The notes beneath the pieces are model-generated. The model searched no databases and had not been told where the DNA came from. It saw only the letters and a program-made list of their open reading frames with translations. The translations under genes were made by a program, and so were the position numbers. Below are positions 27,749 through 38,525 of a stretch of DNA of 64,000 nt, one piece after another. Where the stretch lies: the NCBI GenBank assembly GCA_015068985.1, contig SVJL01000003.1:203-64202 (forward strand). The letters run 5' to 3'. The first letter of the stretch is position 1, and every line of letters begins with the position of its first letter. This stretch comes from Oscillospiraceae bacterium. GTDB lineage: Bacteria; Bacillota; Clostridia; UMGS1810.

Positions 27749-28720
27749 ATGGAATATTCAATTCACACAGACCTTGCCATAGAATCGGCAGCAGTGGCAA
27801 ATATGGAAGTGAGCGGAAAAATAAGCGGCATCAAAACATCGGGCTATCGTGACGGGTGCGTTGGCGTGAGCCACGTTGAAATTCTAAACAAAAGGGGCGA
27901 AGCTGCCGTTGGCAAACCCATTGGCAACTATGTTACCCTTGAGGTGCCTCAGCTTCGTGAGTGTGTGAGCGAAGCCTACGATTCAACGGTGAGGGTACTC
28001 ACCAAAGAGCTCAAAAACATTCTTGGCTTAACCAAAGACAAAACCGTTATGGTGGTTGGTCTCGGCAACCGTTTTGTAACCCCTGATGCACTGGGGCCAA
28101 AGGTGGTTGATAAGCTTCTTGTTACCCGCCATCTGTATGGTGTTTTGCCCGAAGAGGTTACCCAAACAATGAACTCTTTGTGTGCTGTTGCTCCCGGTGT
28201 CTTGGGCATAACAGGCATGGAAACGGGCGAAATCATAAAGGGTATTGCCGACAAAATAAAACCCGATATTATCATTGCCATCGATGCCCTTGCCTCGCGC
28301 AAAACCTCACGTATCAGCACCACATTTCAGATATCCGACACAGGAATCGTGCCCGGCTCAGGCATTGGCAACCACCGAAAGGGACTGACCGAGCAAACTC
28401 TCGGTGTGCCTGTTATTGCAATTGGTGTGCCAACTGTTATTGAAGCTGCAGCTGTAGCAAATGATGCCATTGAGCTTTTGATTGAAGCGGTTAAAATCCA
28501 CGCAAAAAAAGATTCACCCCTCTTTGGTGCAGTTGAGGCTTTCGACAACGATAACCGATACGACCTGATAACAGAGGTCTTGTCGCCCGAAGCCGGTGAC
28601 CTGATTGTTACTCCAAAAGAGGTTGACAGCATAATTGATGAGGTGTCTAAAATAATTGCTGAAAGCATAAATGAAGCAGTTAACGGCAAGACTGCAAAAA
28701 AGCTTGGCGAAATTCTGTGA
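27749..28720 (+). CDS. gpr: Germination protease (spore endopeptidase GPR)
   Basis: HTDLAIES and GLGNRFVTPDALGP are GPR signatures. The ATG at 27749 lies 8 nt after GGGGGA. Confidence 0.85.
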   Translation: MEYSIHTDLAIESAAVANMEVSGKISGIKTSGYRDGCVGVSHVEILNKRGEAAVGKPIGNYVTLEVPQLRECVSEAYDSTVRVLTKELKNILGLTKDKTVMVVGLGNRFVTPDALGPKVVDKLLVTRHLYGVLPEEVTQTMNSLCAVAPGVLGITGMETGEIIKGIADKIKPDIIIAIDALASRKTSRISTTFQISDTGIVPGSGIGNHRKGLTEQTLGVPVIAIGVPTVIEAAAVANDAIELLIEAVKIHAKKDSPLFGAVEAFDNDNRYDLITEVLSPEAGDLIVTPKEVDSIIDEVSKIIAESINEAVNGKTAKKLGEIL

Positions 28721-28938
28721 CTTGCCATTTGCTTTTGCCTGTGGCGGCAAAGGATGAATACTTTCCATTTGTATGCCTTGCAGCATTTTGTTTGTCGCCG
28801 TGGGCAATTAGTCAAATTAATCTTTCGTTGCATCCTCAAAATCCACTGTAGCAACTTTTGCAAGGTTTTTCGCAATAAATACAATGAATTTTGTTTATAA
28901 TTGTCTTATAATTGAAATAACGAAAGGAGAGAAACACT

Positions 28939-29976
28939 ATGAAAATGACATTCAGATGGTATGGCGAAGACGATAGCATTACCCTCGACAAAATTCGCCA
29001 GATTCCGTGTATGACAGGTGTTGTTACAGCAGTTTATTCTGTTCCTGCAGGTGAAGTGTGGCCTCAGGAAGAGATTGATAAAATGAAAAAAGCCGTTAAT
29101 GCAAAAGGGCTTGAAATGGAGGTCATCGAAAGCGTTCCGGTTCACGAAGATATCAAACTCGGTACCGGTAACTGTGACCTCTACATAGAAAACTATAAAG
29201 AAAACATCCGCCGTTTGGCAAAAGCAGGGGTAAAATGCATATGCTATAACTTTATGCCCGTGTTCGACTGGACCCGTTCCCGTCTTGATCAGCCTCTTGC
29301 TGATGGTTCAAACGCCCTTGTGTATTATAAGCAGGACGTAGACAAAATGGACCCCACCAAAATGACTCTTCCTGGTTGGGATGCATCTTATTCGCCTGAC
29401 GAAATAAGCGGCCTTGTAGACGCCTACAAAGCTATTGGCGAAGAAGGCTTATGGAAAAATCTTGAGCACTTTATAAAAGAAATAATTCCCGTTGCGGCAG
29501 AGTGCGATGTTAATATGGCAATTCATCCCGACGATCCACCCTGGCCCATTTTTGGTATTCCGCGCATAATAACCACCGAAGAAAACATTGACCGTTTCCT
29601 TGCTCTCTATGACGATTCTCATCACGGACTCACTCTTTGCAGCGGAAGCCTTGGCTGTGCCAAATTCAACGATTATACCGCCATGGTTCGCAAATACGGT
29701 GCTATGGGCAGAATCCATTTTGCTCATGTCAGAAACATCAAAATTCTCGATGATGGTTCGTTTGAAGAAAGCGGACATCTTTCGGAGTGTGGCTCACTTG
29801 ATGTTGTTGAAATCCTCAAAGCCTACCACGATACCGGTTTTAAGGGATATCTGCGTCCCGACCACGGCAGAATGATCTGGGGCGAAACAGGCAAACCCGG
29901 TTACGGTCTCTACGACAGAGCCCTTGGTGCAATGTATATGGCAGGCATATGGGAAACTCTTGAAAAAATTAAATAA
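28939..29976 (+). CDS. uxuA: Mannonate dehydratase
   Basis: MKMTFRWYGEDDSITLDKIRQIP is a typical UxuA N-terminus and the protein is 345 aa. Confidence 0.9.
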   Translation: MKMTFRWYGEDDSITLDKIRQIPCMTGVVTAVYSVPAGEVWPQEEIDKMKKAVNAKGLEMEVIESVPVHEDIKLGTGNCDLYIENYKENIRRLAKAGVKCICYNFMPVFDWTRSRLDQPLADGSNALVYYKQDVDKMDPTKMTLPGWDASYSPDEISGLVDAYKAIGEEGLWKNLEHFIKEIIPVAAECDVNMAIHPDDPPWPIFGIPRIITTEENIDRFLALYDDSHHGLTLCSGSLGCAKFNDYTAMVRKYGAMGRIHFAHVRNIKILDDGSFEESGHLSECGSLDVVEILKAYHDTGFKGYLRPDHGRMIWGETGKPGYGLYDRALGAMYMAGIWETLEKIK

Positions 29977-29987
29977 GGAGAACAGAA

Positions 29988-30833
29988 ATGAAATTACCTT
30001 TTGAATTAGACCTTAGCGGTAAAGTTATTGTGGTAACAGGTGCCGGAGGCGTGCTTTGTTCAATGTTTGCCAAAGCACTTTCGCTCACCGGTGCAAAAAT
30101 TGCTCTTCTCGACCTTAACGAAGAAGCCGCAAAAGCCTTTGCCGATGAAATAACAAAAGAAGGCGGAATTGCAAAAGCTTATGGGTGCAATGTGCTTGAA
30201 AAAGAAAGCATCGAAAAAGCGCACAGCGAAATATTAAAAGATTTTGGAAGTTGTGACATTCTGATAAACGGAGCAGGGGGCAACAACCCCAAAGCCACCT
30301 GTGATGACGAATATTTTGAAAAAGATGACCTTGGCAAAGTGAAAACATTTTTTGATTTAGACAAATCGGGCGTTGAGTTTGTTTTCAACCTTAATTTCCT
30401 CGGCACTCTTTTGCCAACTCAGGTTTTTGCTCAGGATATGCTCGACAAAGACGACGCAAGCATCATCAACATTTCCAGTATGAATGCCTACACACCTCTC
30501 ACAAAGATTCCTGCCTATTCCGGTGCAAAGGCTGCAATATCAAACTTTACCCAGTGGCTTGCTGTTCATTTTTCCAAAACAAATATCCGTTGCAATGCAA
30601 TTGCTCCCGGGTTCTTTGTTACAAAGCAAAACGAAAAATTACTTTTCAATGAAGATGGCACTCCAACTCCACGTACCAACAAAATTCTGAATGCAACCCC
30701 AATGGGCAGATTCGGCGAAGCCGAAGAGCTGCTCGGTGCCCTTTTGTTTCTCATTTCCAAAAAGGCATCAGGCTTTGTTAATGGTGTTGTAATCCCTGTC
30801 GATGGTGGATTTTCGGCATATAGCGGTGTTTGA
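29988..30833 (+). CDS. SDR family oxidoreductase (probably the short-chain D-mannonate/fructuronate oxidoreductase partner of UxuA)
   Basis: TGAGGVLC cofactor motif and YSGAKAA catalytic motif. It starts 11 nt after uxuA. Confidence 0.75.
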   Translation: MKLPFELDLSGKVIVVTGAGGVLCSMFAKALSLTGAKIALLDLNEEAAKAFADEITKEGGIAKAYGCNVLEKESIEKAHSEILKDFGSCDILINGAGGNNPKATCDDEYFEKDDLGKVKTFFDLDKSGVEFVFNLNFLGTLLPTQVFAQDMLDKDDASIINISSMNAYTPLTKIPAYSGAKAAISNFTQWLAVHFSKTNIRCNAIAPGFFVTKQNEKLLFNEDGTPTPRTNKILNATPMGRFGEAEELLGALLFLISKKASGFVNGVVIPVDGGFSAYSGV

Positions 30834-30852
30834 TTGTTGATAGAATATTAAT

Positions 30853-30891
30853 AAATCCCTTGCAGATCATAAAAGCCTGCAAGGGATTTTT
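30853..30891 (+). terminator. Intrinsic terminator after the uxuA-SDR pair
   Basis: AAATCCCTTGCAG-(11 nt)-CTGCAAGGGATTTTT. Confidence 0.8.
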
Positions 30892-30940
30892 AGCATTGTA
30901 GACAAATTCATTTGTATTTGCTGTATGCTACGCCTTATAA

Positions 30941-30969
30941 TTGACATTTTTGTATATTTGTGTTATGAT
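30941..30969 (+). promoter_or_regulatory. Candidate sigma-A promoter for the aminotransferase-trpS unit
   Basis: TTGACA (30941-30946), a 17-nt spacer, then TATGAT (30964-30969). Confidence 0.5.
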
Positions 30970-31022
30970 AAAGTGATTATATGTGTAATAAACAAACTTA
31001 ATATACATAGGAGGCAAATATA

Positions 31023-32213
31023 ATGGACATCAAAAATGCACTTGCCGATAGAGTAACTCCTCTTAAGGCTTCCGCCATCAGAGAAATATTCAAGCTTCTG
31101 GGCAAGCCGGGGATCATCTCCTTTGCAGGAGGTATTCCGTCACCTGAGCTTTTTCCCACCGAAATATGGGCAAATCTTTTAAAAGAAATTGTAGACACTG
31201 AGGGTTCCAAAGTGTTTGTATATGGCGTAACCGAAGGGTACGCACCCCTTGCCAAAATTGTAGACGGCATAAACGCCGAAAACAGCGTTGGAAAGGATTT
31301 TGACCGCACCATCATTACCACAGGTGCTCAGCAGGCAATTGACCTTTTAATCAAATCTATGGTAAACGAGGGCGAGGGCGTAATTTGTGAAGATCCAAGC
31401 TTTATTGGCTCTCTCAATGCTATACGTTCCTACCGTGCCAACCTTTTTGGGGTTGAGATGGACGAAGAAGGCATCTGCACCGATAAGGTTGAAGAAATTC
31501 TCAAAAAAGAAAACATCAAAATCATATACACCATTCCCACATTCCAGAATCCTACGGGCATAACCCAGAGCATAGAACGCCGCAAAAAGCTTTTGGAGCT
31601 TGCCGAAAAATATGATTGCTACATTCTCGAAGACAACCCTTACGGCGATCTCAGGTTCAGAGGCGAACCTGTTCCTACCATAAAGTCTATGGACACAAAC
31701 GGCAGAGTTATCTATGTTGGCTCATTCTCCAAAACTCTTGCTCCCGGTGTGAGAGTTGGCTGGATAACAGGTCACGAAGCAATTATCGACAGAGTAATTG
31801 TGTGCAAGCAGGTAAACGATGTTCACACACCGCTTATCAATCAGATGCTCGTTGAACAGTTTATCACACGCTACGACTATAAGGCTCACATTCAGAAGGG
31901 TTGCGAGCTTTACGGTCACAAATGTGCCCTTATGCTTGAATGTATGGACAAATACTTCCCCGAAAACGTATCCTACACACGCCCCGAGGGCGGCATTTTC
32001 CTTTGGTGCACAGTGCCCGAGGGCATCGACACTCAGCCAATATTTAAGGAATGTATTGATGCAGGTGTTGCTTTTGTTCCCGGAAGCACCTGTATGGTTG
32101 ATATTGAGGCTCCGAGCAATTGCTTCCGTCTTAACTATTCAACCATGCCCGACGACAAAATTGAGCAAGGCATAAAGATTATCGGCGATGTGCTGAAAAA
32201 ATACGTTAAGTAA
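31023..32213 (+). CDS. PLP-dependent aminotransferase, class I/II (ARO8/LysN-like)
   Basis: The SFSKTLAPGVRVGW motif carries the PLP lysine. The protein is 396 aa. Confidence 0.8.
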   Translation: MDIKNALADRVTPLKASAIREIFKLLGKPGIISFAGGIPSPELFPTEIWANLLKEIVDTEGSKVFVYGVTEGYAPLAKIVDGINAENSVGKDFDRTIITTGAQQAIDLLIKSMVNEGEGVICEDPSFIGSLNAIRSYRANLFGVEMDEEGICTDKVEEILKKENIKIIYTIPTFQNPTGITQSIERRKKLLELAEKYDCYILEDNPYGDLRFRGEPVPTIKSMDTNGRVIYVGSFSKTLAPGVRVGWITGHEAIIDRVIVCKQVNDVHTPLINQMLVEQFITRYDYKAHIQKGCELYGHKCALMLECMDKYFPENVSYTRPEGGIFLWCTVPEGIDTQPIFKECIDAGVAFVPGSTCMVDIEAPSNCFRLNYSTMPDDKIEQGIKIIGDVLKKYVK

Positions 32214-32230
32214 TCACAGGAGTTATAACA

Positions 32231-33226
32231 ATGAACGATAAACAAACAATCTTTTCCGGCATTCAACCCACCGGTTGCATAACAATCGGCAACTATCTCG
32301 GAGCTCTCAAAAGCTGGGTTGAGCTTCAAAACGACTACAACTGCATTTTCTCGGTTGTTGACCTTCACTCTATAACTGTTCGTCAGGATCCGGTTGCTCT
32401 TCGCAAAAGATGTATGGACTTTCTTATGCAGTATCTGGCTTGCGGCATCAACGGTGAAGACAATCTTGTGTATTTCCAGTCTCACGTTCCGGCTCACGCA
32501 GAGCTTGCGTGGATTCTTAATTGCTACACCTACATGGGCGAGCTTAGCCGTATGACACAATTCAAGGATAAATCTGCAAAACACGCAGATAATATAAATG
32601 CCGGTCTTTTCACCTATCCGGTGCTTATGGCTGCCGATATTCTGCTGTATCAGACCGACCTTGTGCCCGTTGGCATTGACCAGAAACAGCATCTTGAGCT
32701 TGCACGAGACATTGCAATCCGCTTCAACGGCGTGTATGGCGATGTGTTCAAAATTCCCGAGGGCTACATTCCAAAAGAAGCTGCACGTATAATGAGCCTC
32801 CAGGAACCCACTTCAAAAATGAGCAAATCAGACCCCAACGTAAATGGCTTTGTTTCCATTCTCGACGATCCCGACACAATCCGCCGCAAATTTAAGCGTG
32901 CAGTCACCGATTCCGACGGTGAAATTGCTTACCGCGAGGGTAAGGATGGAATAAACAATCTTCTCAATATCTATTCGGCAGTTACCAAACAAACCGTTGA
33001 ACAAAGCGTCAACGAGTTTGCAGGTCTTGGCTACGGCACATTTAAAGAACGTGTTGCAGAAGCTGTTGTTGAAGAGCTTCGCCCGGTTCAGGAGAGATAT
33101 GCCGACCTTTCCAAAAACAAAGACTACATAAACAAAATCTATACCGAAGGTGCAAAGCACGCGTCATATCTTGCTTCAAAAACTCTTCGCAAGGTTCATC
33201 GCAAGCTTGGCTATGTGGACAGATAA
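32231..33226 (+). CDS. trpS: Tryptophan--tRNA ligase
   Basis: GIQPTG..TIGNYLGAL (HIGH region) and KMSKS are both present. Confidence 0.9.
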   Translation: MNDKQTIFSGIQPTGCITIGNYLGALKSWVELQNDYNCIFSVVDLHSITVRQDPVALRKRCMDFLMQYLACGINGEDNLVYFQSHVPAHAELAWILNCYTYMGELSRMTQFKDKSAKHADNINAGLFTYPVLMAADILLYQTDLVPVGIDQKQHLELARDIAIRFNGVYGDVFKIPEGYIPKEAARIMSLQEPTSKMSKSDPNVNGFVSILDDPDTIRRKFKRAVTDSDGEIAYREGKDGINNLLNIYSAVTKQTVEQSVNEFAGLGYGTFKERVAEAVVEELRPVQERYADLSKNKDYINKIYTEGAKHASYLASKTLRKVHRKLGYVDR

Positions 33227-33256
33227 ATCATTTTTGTTTGTCTGAGAGGATAAATT

Positions 33257-34339
33257 ATGAATATAACAATATTAATTTTGTGTTTTTCTGTTGCGTTTGC
33301 AATCTCCCTTGGTTCAACGCCTATTGTTAAAAATCTGGCCTACAAAATCGGTGCAGTAGACGTTCCAAACGATGAACGCCGTGTTCATAAAGAGCCAATT
33401 CCACGTCTTGGCGGTCTGGCAATATTCTATGGCTTTCTGATTGCTTTGCTTTGCTTTGCAAAACCCATAGACAGCCAGATGAGAGGCATAATAATCGGCT
33501 CTCTCATAATTGTGGGAGTTAGCATAATCGACGACGTAAAACAGCTTCGCGCCATCGTAAAGCTTTCTGCTCAGGTGCTTGCGGCTGTTGTTGCGGTTGT
33601 TCACGATGTGCGTATAACGGCAATAAGTGTTCCTGCCTCAATTGTTGAGGGTGGCGTGCTTCAGCTTGGAATGTGGAGCATTCCCATAACCATTGGCTGG
33701 ATTATCGTTGTTACAAATGCAGTTAATCTTATCGACGGGCTTGATGGTTTGGCAGTTGGTGTTTCGTCAATTGCATCATTTTCTCTTTTCTTCATCGCTA
33801 TTTTGGGCGGCGAGGAGAGTGTTGCCATAATTGCTGCAGCTCTTGCCGGCGGTTGTCTTGGATTTTTGCCCTACAATTTTAACCCTGCAAAAATATTTAT
33901 GGGCGACACCGGCTCGCAGTTTTTGGGCTATATGCTTTCGGTCATATGTATACAGGGCTTGTTTAAAGGCTACGTAATAATATCATTTATAGTTCCGCTC
34001 CTTATTTTAGGACTTCCCCTTTTCGACACAGTGTTTGCAATTGTTCGTCGTGCGTGGAATCATAAGCCGATTATGGGCGCCGACCGTGGTCACTTGCATC
34101 ATCGCCTTTTGGACAGTGGCTTCACCCAAAAGGAAACCGTTGCAATTCTCTATGTTATTGCCACGGTTCTCGGACTCAGTGCAGTGCTTGTGCTTGAGCG
34201 AGGTTCCTACGTTGCGGCAATGCTTTTGTTGGTTGCAATCGCCACTGCATTTGGCTTATATAAGCTACTTCGCAAACGCTTCAACCGTAAGCGTGCCGAA
34301 AAGGAAGCAACAAAAAATCTGAACTCAACAAATGAATAA
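33257..34339 (+). CDS. Undecaprenyl-phosphate GlcNAc-1-phosphate transferase (WecA/TagO, MraY-like glycosyltransferase family 4)
   Basis: Polytopic membrane protein with the NAVNLIDGLDGLA and MGDTGSQFLG motifs. Confidence 0.85.
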   Translation: MNITILILCFSVAFAISLGSTPIVKNLAYKIGAVDVPNDERRVHKEPIPRLGGLAIFYGFLIALLCFAKPIDSQMRGIIIGSLIIVGVSIIDDVKQLRAIVKLSAQVLAAVVAVVHDVRITAISVPASIVEGGVLQLGMWSIPITIGWIIVVTNAVNLIDGLDGLAVGVSSIASFSLFFIAILGGEESVAIIAAALAGGCLGFLPYNFNPAKIFMGDTGSQFLGYMLSVICIQGLFKGYVIISFIVPLLILGLPLFDTVFAIVRRAWNHKPIMGADRGHLHHRLLDSGFTQKETVAILYVIATVLGLSAVLVLERGSYVAAMLLLVAIATAFGLYKLLRKRFNRKRAEKEATKNLNSTNE

Positions 34340-34361
34340 ACGAAAAATGGAGGAAATATCC

Positions 34362-35504
34362 ATGATAAAAGTAATGACAGTTTTCGGAACCCGTCCTGAA
34401 GCAATTAAGATGGCGCCCCTTATTAAAGAGATGGAAAAAAATGAAAACATTAAATCCATTGTCACTGTTACCGCTCAGCATCGTGAAATGCTCGATCAGG
34501 TTCTCAAAATTTTTGATATCACGCCCGACTACGACCTTAACATAATGAAGCCCGGTCAGACTCTTGTCGACATCACAACCAATGCTGTGAGTGGTCTGGA
34601 CGGTGTTATAAAAGAGGCAAAACCCGATGTTATTCTTGTTCACGGCGACACTTCAACCACCTTTGCCGGAGCTTTGGCAGCGTTCTATAATCAAACCAAA
34701 ATCGGCCACGTTGAAGCAGGTCTCAGGACTTACGACAAATATTCTCCCTTCCCGGAGGAAATGAATCGTAAGCTTACCGGTGCAATGGCAGATCTCCATT
34801 TCTCGCCCACCATTTCCAACAAAAACAATCTCCTGAAAGAAAACGTGAGCGAAGATGATATCTACATCACCGGTAACACAGTTATTGATGCTCTCAAAAC
34901 CACTGTAAGAGACGATTATGCTTTTGCGGATTCAACTCTTGCATCTCTGGATTTTGAAAACAAAAAGATTATTCTTATGACGGCTCATCGCCGTGAAAAC
35001 CTTGGCGAACCCTTAGAGAACATTTGTAAGGCAGCAAGGGCAGTTGTTGAAGCTCATCCAGATGTTGAGCTTGTGTATCCTATGCACCTTAACCCCCGTG
35101 TGCGAAACACAGCCACATCAATTCTCGGCTCAATGGACAGGGTTCACCTCATAGAACCTCTCGACGTTGAAGAGCTTCACAACGCAATGAAACGCTCCTA
35201 TATGGTAATGACCGATTCGGGCGGACTTCAGGAAGAAGCTCCAAGCCTTGGAAAACCGGTTATTGTGCTCCGCAACGAAACCGAGCGTCCCGAGGCGGTT
35301 GAAGCAGGCACCGTTCTTATGGGTGGAGTTGACCGTCACAAAATTGAAGAGCTGGCACATATGCTACTCACCGACAAAGCGGCATACGAAAAAATTGCCC
35401 GCACAGCCAACCCCTATGGTGACGGAAGAGCGTCGGAGCGTATTGTTCAGGCAATTCTTTATTACTTTGGCAAATCAGAAGAAAGACCAAAGGATTTGGT
35501 ATAA
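34362..35504 (+). CDS. mnaA: UDP-N-acetylglucosamine 2-epimerase (non-hydrolysing)
   Basis: VFGTRPEAIKMAP, HVEAGLRT and TDSGGLQEEAPSLGKPV motifs. The ATG at 34362 follows GGAGG. Confidence 0.85.
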   Translation: MIKVMTVFGTRPEAIKMAPLIKEMEKNENIKSIVTVTAQHREMLDQVLKIFDITPDYDLNIMKPGQTLVDITTNAVSGLDGVIKEAKPDVILVHGDTSTTFAGALAAFYNQTKIGHVEAGLRTYDKYSPFPEEMNRKLTGAMADLHFSPTISNKNNLLKENVSEDDIYITGNTVIDALKTTVRDDYAFADSTLASLDFENKKIILMTAHRRENLGEPLENICKAARAVVEAHPDVELVYPMHLNPRVRNTATSILGSMDRVHLIEPLDVEELHNAMKRSYMVMTDSGGLQEEAPSLGKPVIVLRNETERPEAVEAGTVLMGGVDRHKIEELAHMLLTDKAAYEKIARTANPYGDGRASERIVQAILYYFGKSEERPKDLV

Positions 35505-35512
35505 GAAATAAT

Positions 35513-35556
35513 AAAAAATGAACTGAAAAGCTGCAATTTTTCAGTTCATTTTTTTG
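35513..35556. terminator. Bidirectional intrinsic terminator between mnaA and znuB
   Basis: AAAAAATGAACTGAAAA-(8 nt)-TTTTCAGTTCATTTTTTT. Confidence 0.8.
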
Positions 35557-35603
35557 TATACGAAATTTTATTTGTGTTGTAATGGGTTAATTAAAATGAT
35601 TAT

Positions 35604-36413
35604 TTATCTAATCATTTTAATTGCCGAAAGAACAACAAAAATAATCAGATTAACAATAGTTATGCACGCCCCCGTTGGAATTCCGTCAAGAAAAAGAGTC
35701 AGGCAGAATCCTGCAAGGAAGCTCACAATCGAAATAATCGCCGAACTAATGGTGACTGCTTTAAAGGATTTGAACACTCTCATAGACGACAGTGCCGGAA
35801 ACACGATGAGTGCAGAAATGAGCAACGAACCCATAAGTCTCATGCCAATCACAACCGTTATTGAGATGAGCACTGCGATTATTGTATTGTAAAAACCAAC
35901 CCTCACCCCCGTAGCTTTTGAAAAATCTTCGTCAAAGGTGACAGTGAATATGCGGTTATATAAAAAGGTGAACACCCCAATAGCTATGACGCAAAGCACC
36001 ACAGCCGCCATCATATCACTTTTGCTCACGGCATATAGGCTGCCTATCAGATAGCTGTTCATATCGGCACTTGTACCCGAATAGGAAATAAGCATAATTC
36101 CCAAAGCAAGAGCACTCGACGATATTATGGCAATCAACGAATCACCCTTGATTTTTTTGCCGCCAAGCCTTAAAAGGGCAATGGCGGCAATTGCCACAAC
36201 GGGAATTGCAAGCTTTAGGGGTGCCATTCCCATAACCGATGCAAAAGCAAGAGCACCAAAGCTTATGTGTGACAGTCCGTCACCAATCATAGAATATCTT
36301 TTCAACACAAGAGTCACACCAAGAAGTGATGCACACACAGATATCAAAAGACCTGCAATCAATGCACGGCTAAGAAATCCGTATGAAAGTATTGTTTGAA
36401 TAATATTGCTCAT
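35604..36413 (-). CDS. znuB: Metal (zinc-type) ABC transporter permease
   Basis: ABC-3 family multi-TM profile. The ATG at 36413 overlaps the znuC stop (ATGA) and follows GGGAGA. The track ORF starts at a GTG at 36428. Confidence 0.85.
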   Translation of the reverse strand: MSNIIQTILSYGFLSRALIAGLLISVCASLLGVTLVLKRYSMIGDGLSHISFGALAFASVMGMAPLKLAIPVVAIAAIALLRLGGKKIKGDSLIAIISSSALALGIMLISYSGTSADMNSYLIGSLYAVSKSDMMAAVVLCVIAIGVFTFLYNRIFTVTFDEDFSKATGVRVGFYNTIIAVLISITVVIGMRLMGSLLISALIVFPALSSMRVFKSFKAVTISSAIISIVSFLAGFCLTLFLDGIPTGACITIVNLIIFVVLSAIKMIR

Positions 36414-37114
36414 ATGTCTTTCTCCCACAATCCGCTCTCAATGGCATACTTTTTATATTCCGAGCTTTTTCCGTAAAATATTTCTTTTTTGTGGCCCAAA
36501 TGAAGAATGAAGCCGTTAAGCTTTTGAACTCTTTTAATGTCGTGTGATATCATTATAACCGTCATTCCCTCGGAGTTGAGTCTGTCTATCACAGCATACA
36601 TTTCTTCTGCTGCCACAAGGTCTAGCCCGCTCACCGGTTCGTCTAAAATCAGCAGGTTTTCTGATGCACAAATGGCACGTGCCAGAAGCACTCTCTGCTG
36701 TTGACCGCCTGAAAGATCATGATAGCACTTGGATGCCAGAGTGTCAATTTCGAGCCTTTTCATTGCATCGGTGCAAATCTTCCTGTCTTTGGAAGTGAAG
36801 AACGGACAAAACCCTTTTTTGTTTATCCTGCCCGATAGCACAACCTCTCTCACTGATGCCGGAAAGTCCCTTTGAAGATCGCTTTGCTGCGGCAAATAGC
36901 CAATTTCGTTTTTCTTTAGTCCGTCACCAAACACAATTTCACCCGAGTCAAGCTTTTTTAATCCAAGCAGACCTTTAATGAGGGTTGTTTTGCCGGTGCC
37001 GTTTTCGCCCACAATGCAAAGGTAGTCGCCTTTGTTTACACTGAGGCTGAGGTTTGTTATAACCCTCATTCCTTCATACGACATTGTCACGTTTTTCAGC
37101 TCTATAAGTGCCAT
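36410..37114 (-). CDS. znuC: Metal (zinc-type) ABC transporter ATP-binding protein
   Basis: Walker A GENGTGKTT, signature LSGGQQQR and Walker B LLILDEP. Confidence 0.85.
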   Translation of the reverse strand: MALIELKNVTMSYEGMRVITNLSLSVNKGDYLCIVGENGTGKTTLIKGLLGLKKLDSGEIVFGDGLKKNEIGYLPQQSDLQRDFPASVREVVLSGRINKKGFCPFFTSKDRKICTDAMKRLEIDTLASKCYHDLSGGQQQRVLLARAICASENLLILDEPVSGLDLVAAEEMYAVIDRLNSEGMTVIMISHDIKRVQKLNGFILHLGHKKEIFYGKSSEYKKYAIESGLWEKDI

Positions 37115-37115
37115 G

Positions 37116-38096
37116 TCAGCTCAGTGCCTCCTTTAGTGCTTTTGCGTTTTCTTTCATATAGTCAACATAGGTTTTCCCGTTTTCAAAATCTGTTTTGCTG
37201 ATGCTTTGGCAAGAGTGCAGAAGCATCATTTCAGCTCCTGTCTCTTCGCTTATGGTGCGAGCCATTTTTTTGTCCGACAGCTCTGTAAAAAACACAACCT
37301 TTGTGTTTTTTTCTTTCATAGTTTCAATCATTTTAAGAATAACCGACGGGTTGGCATCATTTTCGGGCGAACAGCCCGAAAACACTGCAGCATAGGAAAG
37401 TCCGTATCTTTTTGTTAAATAAAGATAGGGGAATCGGTCTCCAACGGCAATAAAATTTGTTTTTCCGCCATCGACTGCCATTTCAATTTCTGCATCGGCT
37501 TCCTCGATTTTTTTAATATATTCATCGGCGTTGGCACGGTAGATGTCTTTGTTTTTGGTGTCTGCTTTGCTCATGGCATCGCATATGGCATTAACGCAGC
37601 TTATGGCATTGTTAGGGTTCAACCATATGTGCTCATCAAACCCCAAGTGTCCGTGTGTTTCACATTCCTCATTGTGAGAATGGTCGTGGCTGTGAGTGTG
37701 AGAGCTGCCAAAGCTTGGGTTTTCTTCCTCCAAAAGCTCCGCATGGTCCATAAGATGCACTATGGTTTCGGGTTTGTGGCTGATGGATTCTAAGATGGAG
37801 TCTATCCACACGTCCGACTCCCCTCCGCCACACACCAGAACATCGGCTTCACTAATCAGGCGTATGTCGGCAGCAGACGGCTCAAAACCGTGAACCTCGG
37901 CTCCGGGTTTCATAATCATTTGCACATCTGCCATTTCCTTTCCGATTGCCCGTGCCAGGTCATATTGAGGATATATAATGCACACCACTCTCAGCTTATC
38001 GCTCTCGGGCATCGGGGCACTGCCGCACCCCGAAAGCATCAGGTTCAGGCCAATCAATATAATTGCTGTGTATTTTCTGATTTTAAAAAAATGCAT
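37116..38096 (-). CDS. znuA: Metal (zinc-type) ABC transporter substrate-binding lipoprotein
   Basis: Lipobox LSGCGS. The ZnuA-type His/Asp/Glu-rich loop reads GSSHTHSHDHSHNEECETHGH. Confidence 0.85.
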   Translation of the reverse strand: MHFFKIRKYTAIILIGLNLMLSGCGSAPMPESDKLRVVCIIYPQYDLARAIGKEMADVQMIMKPGAEVHGFEPSAADIRLISEADVLVCGGGESDVWIDSILESISHKPETIVHLMDHAELLEEENPSFGSSHTHSHDHSHNEECETHGHLGFDEHIWLNPNNAISCVNAICDAMSKADTKNKDIYRANADEYIKKIEEADAEIEMAVDGGKTNFIAVGDRFPYLYLTKRYGLSYAAVFSGCSPENDANPSVILKMIETMKEKNTKVVFFTELSDKKMARTISEETGAEMMLLHSCQSISKTDFENGKTYVDYMKENAKALKEALS

Positions 38097-38108
38097 ATCA
38101 TTGCTCCG

Positions 38109-38510
38109 TTAGTTTATATTGCATCTGTCACACAAGCCATAGAGGGTTGTTTTTGCGTTGTCTATGGTAAAGTTGTGCTCAAGACTTATGTGAGTTTTTA
38201 TTTCGTTCATAAGTTGGCAGTCCATATGAATAAGCGTGCCGCAGCTTGTACACTTCAAATGAAAGTGGCTGCTGCACTCTTTGTTTTCGCCGCTATATTG
38301 ATAAAAAGCTCCGTCACTGCCGGGAGATATGAATTTTCTGATTGTTCCGTCTTTTTCAAATTTTGCAAGACTGCGGTATATTGTTGCTTCGCCGAGGCTT
38401 ATATCGACATTTTTTATGAGTTCCTTTGCGGTAAAACAGCTATCTTTGTGCTCTTCAAAAAACTTTAGCAGGGAAGAACGCTGTCGGGTTTTGTATGTTT
38501 TGGCTTCCAT
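38109..38510 (-). CDS. zur: Fur-family metalloregulator, probably Zur
   Basis: 133 aa with a winged-helix N-terminus and two CxxC pairs (CTSCG and CDRC). It is the first gene of the znu operon. Confidence 0.8.
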   Translation of the reverse strand: MEAKTYKTRQRSSLLKFFEEHKDSCFTAKELIKNVDISLGEATIYRSLAKFEKDGTIRKFISPGSDGAFYQYSGENKECSSHFHLKCTSCGTLIHMDCQLMNEIKTHISLEHNFTIDNAKTTLYGLCDRCNIN

Positions 38511-38525
38511 AATGTCACTCCAATT